From IMG/VR virus record IMGVR_UViG_3300009095_000048, positions 1 through 30,902 of that record: 30,902 nucleotides of DNA, one strand, 5' to 3'. Under the pieces are notes generated by a model. The model did no database searches. It saw only the letters and a list, made by a program, of their open reading frames with translations, and was not told the origin of the DNA. This document shows positions 17,739-26,322 of the stretch, one piece after another. The stretch's first letter is position 1; the number at the start of each line of letters is the position of its first letter. This DNA comes from a virus. Taxonomy: Duplodnaviria; Caudoviricetes. A program made the translations under genes and the position numbers.

Positions 17739-20024
17739 TCAGAGCGACGCGGGCTGCGCCGGTGCTGGCCCAACGATACCAGGACCGCCTGTATCAGGTG
17801 TCAGTCCAGGACCCTTTACTGCAGGGCCTCCAGCCATCGGGCCTTCGCCAGCTCCACCTTCGCCGCCCATCGGCATCCCGCCCATCATGAGCTGCTCCAT
17901 CATCGTCTGCTGCAGCAGCATCTTGTGCATCTCGACGTGCTTGTCGAACTCGGCCTTTACAGGGTCCGGAAGGGTCTCGTACTCCTGCCCCATCCGGTAG
18001 CGGTTGTGGACGTCGATGTGGATCTCGTGCATGTCGAAGTCGTCAACAGGGATGAACGGAGGGATCTGCTCCGACAGAGCCTGCACGACCTCGGGGTTCT
18101 GCATCAGCTCCTCGGGGTCCACTGGCTCAGGCGACATCCCTGTTTCAGGGTCCGGCTCGGTGCTGAGGCTTTGAGCCATCTCCGTGACCATTTCCTTCAT
18201 GTTCGAGGAGATGTGCTCTTCGAGAAGCTGCTGGCCCTCCTGGTTCTGCAGGGACTTCATCTTCGTGTTCTCGCGCTGAGCCTTCTTCTCGGCCACCGAG
18301 ATCGTGTCGAGCACCTTCTGTGCGCCACCGACCTCCAGAAGACGGAGAGCCTGATTCGGGTCCTGCAGGATGCCGACAGCGAACATATCCATGATGGCTG
18401 CCCGCTTCGCTGCCTGGCTCTGGCCGATGCTCGACCCAGGCTCCACCCGGATGTCGGACGCTCCGTTGATGTCCGAGCCCGACAGTAGGGCGCTGTCGAA
18501 GGCACCGTCCGCACCGATCACCTTGACACGGCGGGCAACGTCTACGAACTGCTGGAACAGCGACAGCGTCTGCACGGCCACGCGCTCGAAGCCGTCCTCG
18601 ATGTTCTGGTACTGGGGCGTCAGGTAGTTGTCGTCGGTCTCCTTCAGGAAGGCCAGAGCCGTCCCTGCAGTCACGCCTGTCGGCGTGGAGCCCTTGGACA
18701 CCTCGTGCTGACCGGACAGGTCCTCGAAGTCCTGCACGATCTGAGGAAGCTGAGCCACCACGTACTCCGGCAGAGGCTGCAGAGGGATCGGGCTGGGGGG
18801 CGGCGTTCCTGGGCGGTACTGGATGATCTGGCCGGGCTCGTTCGTGATCCGGCCAGGGACGATCGAGCCCTGCTGAGCGAGCAGCTGAGGGTTCCCCATC
18901 CTCTTCGCCGCCACGCCGATGTTGGTACGGACATCGTTGAATTCTTTCTGGAGCTCGATGAGATCCGCGAGAGGGCTGTCAGCGAAGAAGGTGTCGTTGG
19001 AGAGGTGCTCGAACTTCGTGTAGGGGTACTCACCGTGCTTGTACGGCATCCCGTCGACGTAGGCACCGACCAGCACCTCCCCGGCCAGGATCAGCAGACC
19101 TCCGTTAGGGAGCTTCGGGTGAGTACCAGGCTTGACCCACATTTCCAGGATGACGACGGCATCGAGCTCGGACTTGTGGGTGTTCGACAGGGTGTAGAAC
19201 GCCTCGTCGAGCAGCGTATTCGAGCTGGACTGGGTAGGGCTCAGCTTCTGACCCTTCAGCTCTTCCTGGTACTGCTGCTTGACCCACTCCAGGGGCTTAA
19301 CCTGCGCCTGGATGATGTACGCCTGGTCATCAACCTCACGCTCACGAAGATCCGGCACGAAGATGTGAAACGGGGTCACCGATCGGTACATGATGTCCCC
19401 CGGCTGCCCGGAGGTCTTGTCGACGACAGTGGGGTCCCACCACGTCTTCAGGATGCCGGTGCCGGTGAGGATCATCCACCAGATGGCCTTGCTGTACTCG
19501 CGACGGAGCTTGCGCTTGGAGAAGTAGCTCTCGATGACCTGCTCGCCTGCGTAGGCGGCTCGGACGTCCTCCTCCTCGCTCGTGGCGGGGACGGAGGTGA
19601 CCGTGGGCAGGGTCGACAGGAACTTAGACTGCTCCGTGCGGACGAACGACCGGATGCGGTTCACTGTCCGCCGTCCCATGTAGGACGGAGCGGGCTTGGC
19701 CTTGATCGGAGAGGCCCCCGAACCTGGCACGTTCTTGCCGACGATGTCGATCCACTGATGGCCGAACGTGAAGGCCATGAAGGTGTACCACTGGCGGTGC
19801 TTCCGGGTCTTGTACCCTCGACTGCGGCTGAACTCGTTCAGCGCCCACGCCGTGAGCTCCTTACCTTCCTCAGACTCCCGGAAGCTGTAAAGATCGAACC
19901 CGTCTGTCTCCGGGGCGTGGACAGCCGTCGTACCGGCGTCGGCACTCCGATCAGCCGAAGCTGCCAGGGAAGATGTCTCCGAGGACGGCTTCCTCTGCTG
20001 CGGTGAGGGACTCATCAAGTTCAT
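17739..20024 (-). CDS. Portal protein (start uncertain: 20024, 20015 or further downstream)
   Basis: About 750 aa between TerL and scaffold. GTGILKTWWD, FEDLSGQHEVSKG, TAGTALAFLKE, DDFDMHEIHIDVH and a Met/Gly/Pro-rich tail resemble P22-like podovirus portals. Confidence 0.88.
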   Translation of the reverse strand: MNLMSPSPQQRKPSSETSSLAASADRSADAGTTAVHAPETDGFDLYSFRESEEGKELTAWALNEFSRSRGYKTRKHRQWYTFMAFTFGHQWIDIVGKNVPGSGASPIKAKPAPSYMGRRTVNRIRSFVRTEQSKFLSTLPTVTSVPATSEEEDVRAAYAGEQVIESYFSKRKLRREYSKAIWWMILTGTGILKTWWDPTVVDKTSGQPGDIMYRSVTPFHIFVPDLREREVDDQAYIIQAQVKPLEWVKQQYQEELKGQKLSPTQSSSNTLLDEAFYTLSNTHKSELDAVVILEMWVKPGTHPKLPNGGLLILAGEVLVGAYVDGMPYKHGEYPYTKFEHLSNDTFFADSPLADLIELQKEFNDVRTNIGVAAKRMGNPQLLAQQGSIVPGRITNEPGQIIQYRPGTPPPSPIPLQPLPEYVVAQLPQIVQDFEDLSGQHEVSKGSTPTGVTAGTALAFLKETDDNYLTPQYQNIEDGFERVAVQTLSLFQQFVDVARRVKVIGADGAFDSALLSGSDINGASDIRVEPGSSIGQSQAAKRAAIMDMFAVGILQDPNQALRLLEVGGAQKVLDTISVAEKKAQRENTKMKSLQNQEGQQLLEEHISSNMKEMVTEMAQSLSTEPDPETGMSPEPVDPEELMQNPEVVQALSEQIPPFIPVDDFDMHEIHIDVHNRYRMGQEYETLPDPVKAEFDKHVEMHKMLLQQTMMEQLMMGGMPMGGEGGAGEGPMAGGPAVKGPGLTPDTGGPGIVGPAPAQPASL

Positions 20025-20388
20025 CCTTTGTGTTCTGGCGCTCAGCGATTCTCATCGCCTCTGCCTCCGGGGAAGGGTCGTACTGCTCATCATACGCGGG
20101 ACCTCCGGACATCGACATGATGGCCTGGTACTCCCACGCATTCGTTGCCCGAAGCTGGGCGAAAGCCTTCTCCAGGAGACCGAGCTGACTCTCCTGTACC
20201 TCTGCCGAGGAAGAGCTTATCTCCCGGCTCTGCTGAACGACGAAGGACAGGGTCGTCTTGAACTCGTCTCGGAGCTCAGACTGACGCTGCTCAGCTCGCC
20301 TTCCTCCGGCCACCAGCAGAATTGCCAGCAGGAGCGACATGCTCCAGCCAACGACGCAGAGTATCAGCAATGCTGTAAAGGTCTCCAC
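19951..20388 (-). CDS. Membrane-anchored hypothetical protein (145 aa)
   Basis: GTG 20388 behind AGGAGG. N-terminal hydrophobic stretch FTALLILCVVGWSMSLLLAILLVA. Confidence 0.65.
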   Translation of the reverse strand: METFTALLILCVVGWSMSLLLAILLVAGGRRAEQRQSELRDEFKTTLSFVVQQSREISSSSAEVQESQLGLLEKAFAQLRATNAWEYQAIMSMSGGPAYDEQYDPSPEAEAMRIAERQNTKDELDESLTAAEEAVLGDIFPGSFG

Positions 20389-20653
20389 CGAGTTCCTCCT
20401 GTAGTCCGTCCAGTTTGCCCTTGTTGTACGCGGCGTTGATCGCCGTGTCGTCCGCGTGACCTCCGATGAGGCCGAACTCACGAGCCATCTCAGCGACCGA
20501 GTCCTTCGACAGGTAGAGCCTGCCGAGGTTCCGCCCCGCCTGGTCGCGAATATCGCGCTGCGTATCGATGAACGGCCCGACGCCGCTGCCTGTGACGTAG
20601 TCCACTCCCGGAGCGAGCTCAGGGGCGGATACGACCTTGAAGTGTGAGGACAT
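20291..20653 (-). CDS. Hypothetical protein (120 aa)
   Basis: ATG 20653 coupled by TGATG to the TerL stop. The 3' end overlaps the next gene by 98 nt. Confidence 0.65.
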   Translation of the reverse strand: MSSHFKVVSAPELAPGVDYVTGSGVGPFIDTQRDIRDQAGRNLGRLYLSKDSVAEMAREFGLIGGHADDTAINAAYNKGKLDGLQEELGGDLYSIADTLRRWLEHVAPAGNSAGGRRKAS

Positions 20654-22245
20654 CACCAGAACCTTTCCATATCGTCGAAGTCTGCGACCTCCTGAGTATC
20701 CCACGTTTCGTTGTGCATCACCACATCGGGGTCATTCTGCAGTACGTCCATCATCTGAGAGAAGGTCAGGTGAATCGGGGCCTTCTCGAAGATGTCCTGC
20801 GGCAGAGGCCGGAGATCCGGCATCATCGTGGCGAAATACTTGGCTGAGTCGAAGGCGTGGTCATCCTTCTTGTGGACCTCTTCCTTACGGTTGAGCTCGT
20901 AGGACTTCTTGTCGGACTCGTAGCTGGCCCACTTCAGCCGCTGCAGCTCCCGGATGAGGTTCACGCAGTCCGGCGAGATCATCCACATCGGTGTGTTCTC
21001 GCCCCACGGAGTCTTGTCCTTTACAGCAAGATACTGCTGCATCTTGTCGATGCCGATCTGCGGGTCCTTCGGGATGTTCTCGGTCCCGATGTAGATACCG
21101 CGACGAGCGTACTCGCTGATAACGCTGGTTCCGGTGTTCATCTGCTTCTGGTTGCCTGCAGGATCACCGATCCGGATCTCCGGCTGCTTGAGCCAGGCGC
21201 TCTCCTTCTGATGGATCACGGCAGCGTGCTCGTCCGTGGTCATGAAGCTCTTGTAGTGCTCACCGAAGGTGTAGATCCGCCCGTCCGGTGCCACGGCGTG
21301 CCAGAGCCACGCTGTCGGGTTGTTCCATCCGAAGTCAGCACTGGAGTACCAGGCCCAACTCCGGAACTCTCCGACAGGGAGAGGCTCTGCCAGGACGTGC
21401 GTCTTCTTCTTGAAGTTCGGGAACACCAGACCGCTCTTGGCGATGAAGGCACCTTCCTCGCGGATGTGACGCTCGGCCTCATCCATCGCGATGTAATACT
21501 TCCCGCGCTCCTCCTCGTCGGCTTCGAGGTACGGGTTATCGGACTGCTTGAGCTGGATGCAGAAGACGAAGTCTCGGGCAGGGATGCCGTTGATCTCCTC
21601 GTCGTTCTCCCACGGCTCCCAGATGTAGTCGTAGGTCCACCCCATGCCCTGCACAGCGGTGGCCGCGATGACCCAGAAGCCGTTGTAGTCGATGAGACGC
21701 ATGAGGTTCTCGTTGAAGACCGGCTGAGGCGGGATCTCGTCGAAGAAGACGAAGTGCAGCGGCACACCACCGTGCTTGTCGAGATCCATTCCGTGCGTCA
21801 GGAACTGGATCGTCGACCCGTTCTTGAACGTGAAGGTCAACGTCCGGTTGTCCCAGGAGTCGTCGAACTTCCCGTTGATGAGGTCGCTCGTCGCGCACCA
21901 ACGCTTCAGCTTGGGGAGGATGATGTCCTCCACGCCCTTGACGATGTCGACGACGACAAAGCGACCTCGGATAGGACCGCTGCCCCAGCTCTCCGGTCGG
22001 TCGAGCCAGGGGTGCGTGTCCGTACACCACCAGATCGCCTCCATCACCTCTGCGTCGGACTTACCTGCACGGTTTGCTCCGGCGATGTAGCGGCCCAGGC
22101 AGTCCGATCGGTGGAACTGCTCCTGCTTGGGGTACGGCTTATAGGTGAACCTATTGCCCTTGCGCACAGGTGCTTCGAGCTCAGCGAGAGCGAACTCAAG
22201 AAGTCCTGTGACAGAGTTGTCGTCCTTGGCGCGCTTTACAGCCAC
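20653..22245 (-). CDS. terL: Terminase large subunit (530 aa)
   Basis: PYPKQEQFH adenine-binding motif, Walker A GANRAGKS, Walker B FVFFDE, nuclease SADFGWNNP and KKDDHAFDSAKY. AGGAG RBS. Confidence 0.95.
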   Translation of the reverse strand: MAVKRAKDDNSVTGLLEFALAELEAPVRKGNRFTYKPYPKQEQFHRSDCLGRYIAGANRAGKSDAEVMEAIWWCTDTHPWLDRPESWGSGPIRGRFVVVDIVKGVEDIILPKLKRWCATSDLINGKFDDSWDNRTLTFTFKNGSTIQFLTHGMDLDKHGGVPLHFVFFDEIPPQPVFNENLMRLIDYNGFWVIAATAVQGMGWTYDYIWEPWENDEEINGIPARDFVFCIQLKQSDNPYLEADEEERGKYYIAMDEAERHIREEGAFIAKSGLVFPNFKKKTHVLAEPLPVGEFRSWAWYSSADFGWNNPTAWLWHAVAPDGRIYTFGEHYKSFMTTDEHAAVIHQKESAWLKQPEIRIGDPAGNQKQMNTGTSVISEYARRGIYIGTENIPKDPQIGIDKMQQYLAVKDKTPWGENTPMWMISPDCVNLIRELQRLKWASYESDKKSYELNRKEEVHKKDDHAFDSAKYFATMMPDLRPLPQDIFEKAPIHLTFSQMMDVLQNDPDVVMHNETWDTQEVADFDDMERFW

Positions 22246-22252
22246 GATTCTC

Positions 22253-22534
22253 CTATGCCGAGCTCTGGTCTACTGCTCCGAGCTTCACCAGGGCCGAGAT
22301 TATTGACGGCAGGATCGATGCGGAGCTGCTTCGAGACCCAGAGATCGTCACCCCCTCCAGGAGGAGGGAGCTGTCGGAGCCGTTGTGCGTGTGATCCCCT
22401 GGAGCCGCCTGCGTCGTGCGAGGTCCGAGGGTGTGATGAATCGACTCCCGTCGAACGTCCGTATCCGCATTCAGGTGAATCTTCTCCACCTGCTCAGCAG
22501 TCAGCTTCGTGAACTCCTCCGGGAGGTCAGCCAT
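22253..22534 (-). CDS. Small putative virion protein (93 aa)
   Basis: HHTLG..QAAPGDHTH motif, like the His-rich repeats of fibre proteins. Confidence 0.55.
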   Translation of the reverse strand: MADLPEEFTKLTAEQVEKIHLNADTDVRRESIHHTLGPRTTQAAPGDHTHNGSDSSLLLEGVTISGSRSSSASILPSIISALVKLGAVDQSSA

Positions 22535-22535
22535 G

Positions 22536-22790
22536 TCAGAGCTTCCGGGGAACGTTCGGAGCGGTGACCGACAGGCCGAAGACGCCTGCCAAGAAGCTCG
22601 TCACGGCCATTGCCGGGGTCGTCCAGAACGACCAATCGAACTCAGGCGCGTTGACGTCGAGAACGATGGCTGCCGGGATGAGGACCAGGGCAGACCCGAG
22701 TACGATGTTCGCCACGAGACGGACCTTCGGGTTCTGTACGACGACATTCGGCGTGTTGTCCACGGCGATCGGCTGGTTGAGAGACATCAT
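22536..22790 (-). CDS. Putative holin (84 aa, two TM segments)
   Basis: ATGA overlap and GGAG RBS. Hydrophobic segments LVANIVLGSALVLIPAAIVL and AMAVTSFLAGVFGLSV. Downstream of the endolysin. Confidence 0.7.
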   Translation of the reverse strand: MMSLNQPIAVDNTPNVVVQNPKVRLVANIVLGSALVLIPAAIVLDVNAPEFDWSFWTTPAMAVTSFLAGVFGLSVTAPNVPRKL

Positions 22791-23245
22791 TTCTCCTTGT
22801 CCATGAGTGCCCTCAGTATACCTGTGGACACCTCTATGTGCTCGCTGAGAGTCTTCTGCTGATTCTCCTGACCGGCTCTCAGGTACTCGACGGCCTCCTT
22901 CAGGAGTCCGATCTCCTTGTAGTCGGCTGAGACCTTCGCCTCGATCCGGTTGTTCTGGTCTCGGAGACTCTTGCCGCTGTTCGGAAACATCTCGTGATGA
23001 ACGACGTCCACCTTCTTGACCATGTCCTGCTGCACGTCTTCGATCCTGCTCAGCCGCTCGAAGAGGCCGGGCCTGGCGGGAGTTCCGGGGCGAGCTTCCT
23101 CCCCGGCCACATCGTTGACGAAGGCCACGAACTTGCGGATCACAGGGAAGACCTTCACGATCAGCCACCCGATGACGGCAAGAATGATCGCCGCGAGGAC
23201 GTAGACCGTAAAGCCTACGTCCTCTAGGGCCGATCCCCCGCCCAT
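22787..23245 (-). CDS. Lysis-cassette membrane protein (152 aa; N-terminal TM + coiled coil)
   Basis: TAATG coupling to the endolysin. TM segment VYVLAAIILAVIGWLIV followed by a coiled coil, an arrangement common next to actinophage lysins. Confidence 0.7.
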   Translation of the reverse strand: MGGGSALEDVGFTVYVLAAIILAVIGWLIVKVFPVIRKFVAFVNDVAGEEARPGTPARPGLFERLSRIEDVQQDMVKKVDVVHHEMFPNSGKSLRDQNNRIEAKVSADYKEIGLLKEAVEYLRAGQENQQKTLSEHIEVSTGILRALMDKEK

Positions 23246-23991
23246 TACTTCAGCTCGCGGCGATTCGCCGCCTCGGCGCGCCGCAAGGCGGAGCGCATGA
23301 CCGGGCCGGGAACGTCGTTGCCGACGTAGCCCCAGCGAGCGCGGAGCCACCGGGCGATGGCCCTCCACATGACCGGGCCGAGCACGTCATTACCCTTGTA
23401 GCCCCAGTTCTGACGCAGGAACTGCGCGAACCCGCCCGCAGACCCGCTGCCCCAGATGTCATCATACGCGCCACGGTAGCCGTAGAGGCGGGCGATCTTC
23501 TGCAGGCCGACAGCGGTGGGGATGCCGAACGGGTTGTGCTTCTTGCCCGGCGTGGCGGGGACCGGAGCGGGTGCCCCGCCCGCGAGCTGGCCGGTGTACT
23601 CGTAATGCCAGCCCTCACGGGGGTTGAAGAAGTGACCGGCAGGGGTGAAACCGAACCTGGGCGCGTTGGCTGCCAGCCAGTTGGAGCGGACGGTGCCGAT
23701 CCGGGTCACCCCGTAGTCCTTCCCGGAATCGCGCAGGTCGAGCGCTCGCGGGCCTCGCGGGCCGGACTCCTCGTGGTTCGACCTTCCCGGAGGGGCGGCG
23801 AGGTTGTAGCCGGGGAGGCGCTTGACCCAGCCGTCATAGAGGCGCTGCTGCTCAGCGCGCGTGCGGGTGCCGCTGGATACGATCAGGTCGAGGCCGAACT
23901 TCTCCTTGAACGCGGCACGCATCTTCTCGAACGCGGCAGCGACGTTCTTCTCGACACGCTGCCCGTTGATCTTCACGTAGCTGTAGGCCAC
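23245..23991 (-). CDS. Endolysin: M15-type zinc peptidase + C-terminal cell-wall-binding repeats (248 aa)
   Basis: GTG 23991 behind AAGGGAG. SNHE..ALD and EGWH motifs, Pro/Ala linker, three GY.G.D..G repeats. Followed by two membrane proteins. Confidence 0.88.
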   Translation of the reverse strand: MAYSYVKINGQRVEKNVAAAFEKMRAAFKEKFGLDLIVSSGTRTRAEQQRLYDGWVKRLPGYNLAAPPGRSNHEESGPRGPRALDLRDSGKDYGVTRIGTVRSNWLAANAPRFGFTPAGHFFNPREGWHYEYTGQLAGGAPAPVPATPGKKHNPFGIPTAVGLQKIARLYGYRGAYDDIWGSGSAGGFAQFLRQNWGYKGNDVLGPVMWRAIARWLRARWGYVGNDVPGPVMRSALRRAEAANRRELK

Positions 23992-24002
23992 GACGTCTCC
24001 CT

Positions 24003-25139
24003 TCACAGAAGAGTGATCCACTGACCACCCTTGTAGGTCTTCACAGGCTTTACAGCCCATGTACCGCCCAAGTATACCTTCCCCGGCTTCTGGACTTCAG
24101 ACCCTCCCAGAATCACTGTCGGATACCCTGTTCGGGTCACGGTGTTGCTCTTAGACGAACTCCAGGTTCCGTCCCCATTGGCGTTTACAGCACGCACCCG
24201 GAAGTACCAGGTGCCGGTGTCGAGAGTCCCTGACGTCCAGGTGAGCACGTTGCCCAGAGTCGCCGTCGTCGAGTCGGAGAAGTCGGAGTTCTTGGACTGC
24301 TGGACCTTGTACCCCGTGATTGCAGACCCGCCGTCGCTGGAGGGGGCCGTCCACGTCAGCTTCACCTGCGTGCTGGACAGCGGCGTGAGCTCAAGGTCGC
24401 CGGGAGCGCCCGGAGTCGATGCCAGGGTCTTCCCGCTGAACGTAGACGACCACGGCCCTGTCGTGCCTGCGTTAGTGGTAACAGCGTTCTTCCCGGCAGC
24501 CCGGAAGTAGTACGTCGTATCGGGGTCAAGACCCGTGACCGTCGTCGTACCATTCGAGCTGACCGTCGTCGCACCAGAGAAGTTGGAGTTCTTGCTGTAC
24601 TGGAGGCTCCAGCCTGTGATGCTAGACCCTCCGTCGCTGTTCCCGCTGAACTTAGCTGTGAGGCTTGTTGCAGTAGCCCCACTGATGCCAATGGGGGTCG
24701 GAGCTGCAGGGGCCTCAGCATAGGTCATTGTTCCCGACAGAGAGGACCCCCACGAAGACGAGCCCGAGGACTGTGTTGAGCCCCCGCCACCGCGCCGGAA
24801 GTTGACGCCCCCGCCACCCCAGTGCACGCCGTAATTTGTGTTGCTTCCTCCACTAGCGTGAACCCCCACTGCCATAGACTTCTTTGAGGGGGTGCTCTGA
24901 GCCCCGTAGCTGGTCGAGCTCCCGCGAGGGTTGTTGCCAAAGTAGGGGCGGATACTCACTGATCCCGATCGACCGGCAACGTACAGATTCAGAGTCTGCA
25001 CCAGGATGTTCTTACTCCCGTTTGCCATCGTTCGGCCAGTTGGGAGCTTCACGTTGCTGTAGATGTAGAACGTGCCTCCAGGGGAGACCCAGCTCGTGGT
25101 GGCCGGGGAGTCCGTCCCCGGAAGCGCGACAGTAGGCAT
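24003..25139 (-). CDS. Virion surface / minor tail protein with two fibronectin type III domains (378 aa)
   Basis: Two FN3 repeats (DGGSSITGW..GLDPDTTYYFRAAGKN; LTWTAPSSDGGSAITGY..WYFRVRAVNANGDGTWS). Confidence 0.8.
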   Translation of the reverse strand: MPTVALPGTDSPATTSWVSPGGTFYIYSNVKLPTGRTMANGSKNILVQTLNLYVAGRSGSVSIRPYFGNNPRGSSTSYGAQSTPSKKSMAVGVHASGGSNTNYGVHWGGGGVNFRRGGGGSTQSSGSSSWGSSLSGTMTYAEAPAAPTPIGISGATATSLTAKFSGNSDGGSSITGWSLQYSKNSNFSGATTVSSNGTTTVTGLDPDTTYYFRAAGKNAVTTNAGTTGPWSSTFSGKTLASTPGAPGDLELTPLSSTQVKLTWTAPSSDGGSAITGYKVQQSKNSDFSDSTTATLGNVLTWTSGTLDTGTWYFRVRAVNANGDGTWSSSKSNTVTRTGYPTVILGGSEVQKPGKVYLGGTWAVKPVKTYKGGQWITLL

Positions 25140-25149
25140 TTACAGCACC

Positions 25150-25458
25150 TCAGTTCGTGTCAATCCACACGTACCCCTCCTGGGGGTTCTCGGGAGGGAT
25201 AGTACCGACGTGAGGGCTCAGCTGTCGCCACTGACCCAGGCTGTCGCTCCAGTAGTAGGTATCGCCCGACACTGAGACGACCTGCCCCGGAAACGGGTCC
25301 CCAGGGAACGTAGACAGCTCTGGGACACCGACGACCTCATCAAGACGCAGGAGACCCTGGTTGATGCGGTCGATGTCGGCCACTTCGTCGTCGCCACCGA
25401 GCCCGAGAGATCCTCCACCGGGGATGTACATCCCCAGTCGGGTCGTGAATGCAGGCAT
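25150..25458 (-). CDS. Putative minor tail/fibre-associated protein (102 aa)
   Basis: TTRLGMYIP..DIDRINQGLLRLD N-terminus and HVGTIPPENPQEGYVWIDT C-terminus, motifs typical of phage fibre proteins. Confidence 0.6.
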   Translation of the reverse strand: MPAFTTRLGMYIPGGGSLGLGGDDEVADIDRINQGLLRLDEVVGVPELSTFPGDPFPGQVVSVSGDTYYWSDSLGQWRQLSPHVGTIPPENPQEGYVWIDTN

Positions 25459-26207
25459 TACGCGATCTCCCCTCTGGTGACGGTACTCATCTGGTTCATC
25501 AGATTGCCCTTTTGCATGGCCTGTTCTACCTCGGCCAGGATAGCATCCTTCTCTTCCTTGGAACTTACGTGCTTGAGCACGGCTTCGACAAGAACGAGCA
25601 CCACCTGACGTGCGTTGTTGATCTCCTGCTGCTGGGGGTTCCAGCGCCCAGTAATCTCCAGAACCTTCTCGATGGCCCTCTGGTCACCGGAGTCGGCATT
25701 CCCGATCAGACGGTTCAGCGCGATCGGCACAGCGTCCATGAGGTTCTGCTCGCTCCGCTTCGACAGGAGCTCCGCGAACAGCGGCTGCCGCATCCAGTTC
25801 TGGTACTTCGGCATCGAGACGCCGATCTGCCTCAGCTTAGTGCTGAGCGCTCGCCGGTCAGTGGGGTCCGACAGGAGCTGGATCGCGACGGCCTGCTCAG
25901 GGCTCACCCCTGTGGCCGGGTCCATCGAGATGCCTCGGATCGCCAGAGCAGCCTTGAGCTCAGGCGTGGCATACGCCTTGGAGTAGGTCTTCTTCGAGAT
26001 CCGGTCCCAGCTCTTGCTGACCTCGTCGACAGAGGGCACGTAGCCGTTGCGGAGGTAGAAGACGTTGATAGCCGCGAGGATGTCCCGGAAGAGGTACGGA
26101 TCGAATCCTGTCGGGACCGGGGACGGCACCACCCGACCGTCAGCGTGAACGACGAGGACGGAGCCGTCGTCGTCCTCGTCGTTCAGGAAGAGTACCTCAT
26201 CAGCCAC
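25458..26207 (-). CDS. HTH DNA-binding protein, candidate terminase small subunit (249 aa)
   Basis: VSPEQAVAIQLL..KLRQIGVSMPKYQNWMRQPLF HTH followed by GDQRAIEKVLEITGRW, an arrangement seen in TerS-like proteins. Confidence 0.55.
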   Translation of the reverse strand: MADEVLFLNDEDDDGSVLVVHADGRVVPSPVPTGFDPYLFRDILAAINVFYLRNGYVPSVDEVSKSWDRISKKTYSKAYATPELKAALAIRGISMDPATGVSPEQAVAIQLLSDPTDRRALSTKLRQIGVSMPKYQNWMRQPLFAELLSKRSEQNLMDAVPIALNRLIGNADSGDQRAIEKVLEITGRWNPQQQEINNARQVVLVLVEAVLKHVSSKEEKDAILAEVEQAMQKGNLMNQMSTVTRGEIA

Positions 26208-26322
26208 GGTTGAAGTGGTCCTTTACAGCGAGCAGACCTGACAGGATCAGCACCAAGACGATGCTGATGACGATGCCTGTGGCATCGGCTCCAAAGTCCG
26301 GCATTCCAGCTGCTTCAAGCAT
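26200..26322 (-). CDS. Small single-TM protein (40 aa), not in ORF track
   Basis: MLEAAGMPDFGADATGIVISIVLVLILSGLLAVKDHFNRG*. Bridges the gap exactly, with 8 nt overlaps to both neighbours. Confidence 0.65.
   Translation of the reverse strand: MLEAAGMPDFGADATGIVISIVLVLILSGLLAVKDHFNRG

Noticed and set aside
19951-20653. Overlapping i-spanin/o-spanin pair
   Set aside because: There is no lipobox, the pair is not in the lysis cassette, and the gene content points to a Gram-positive actinobacterial host.
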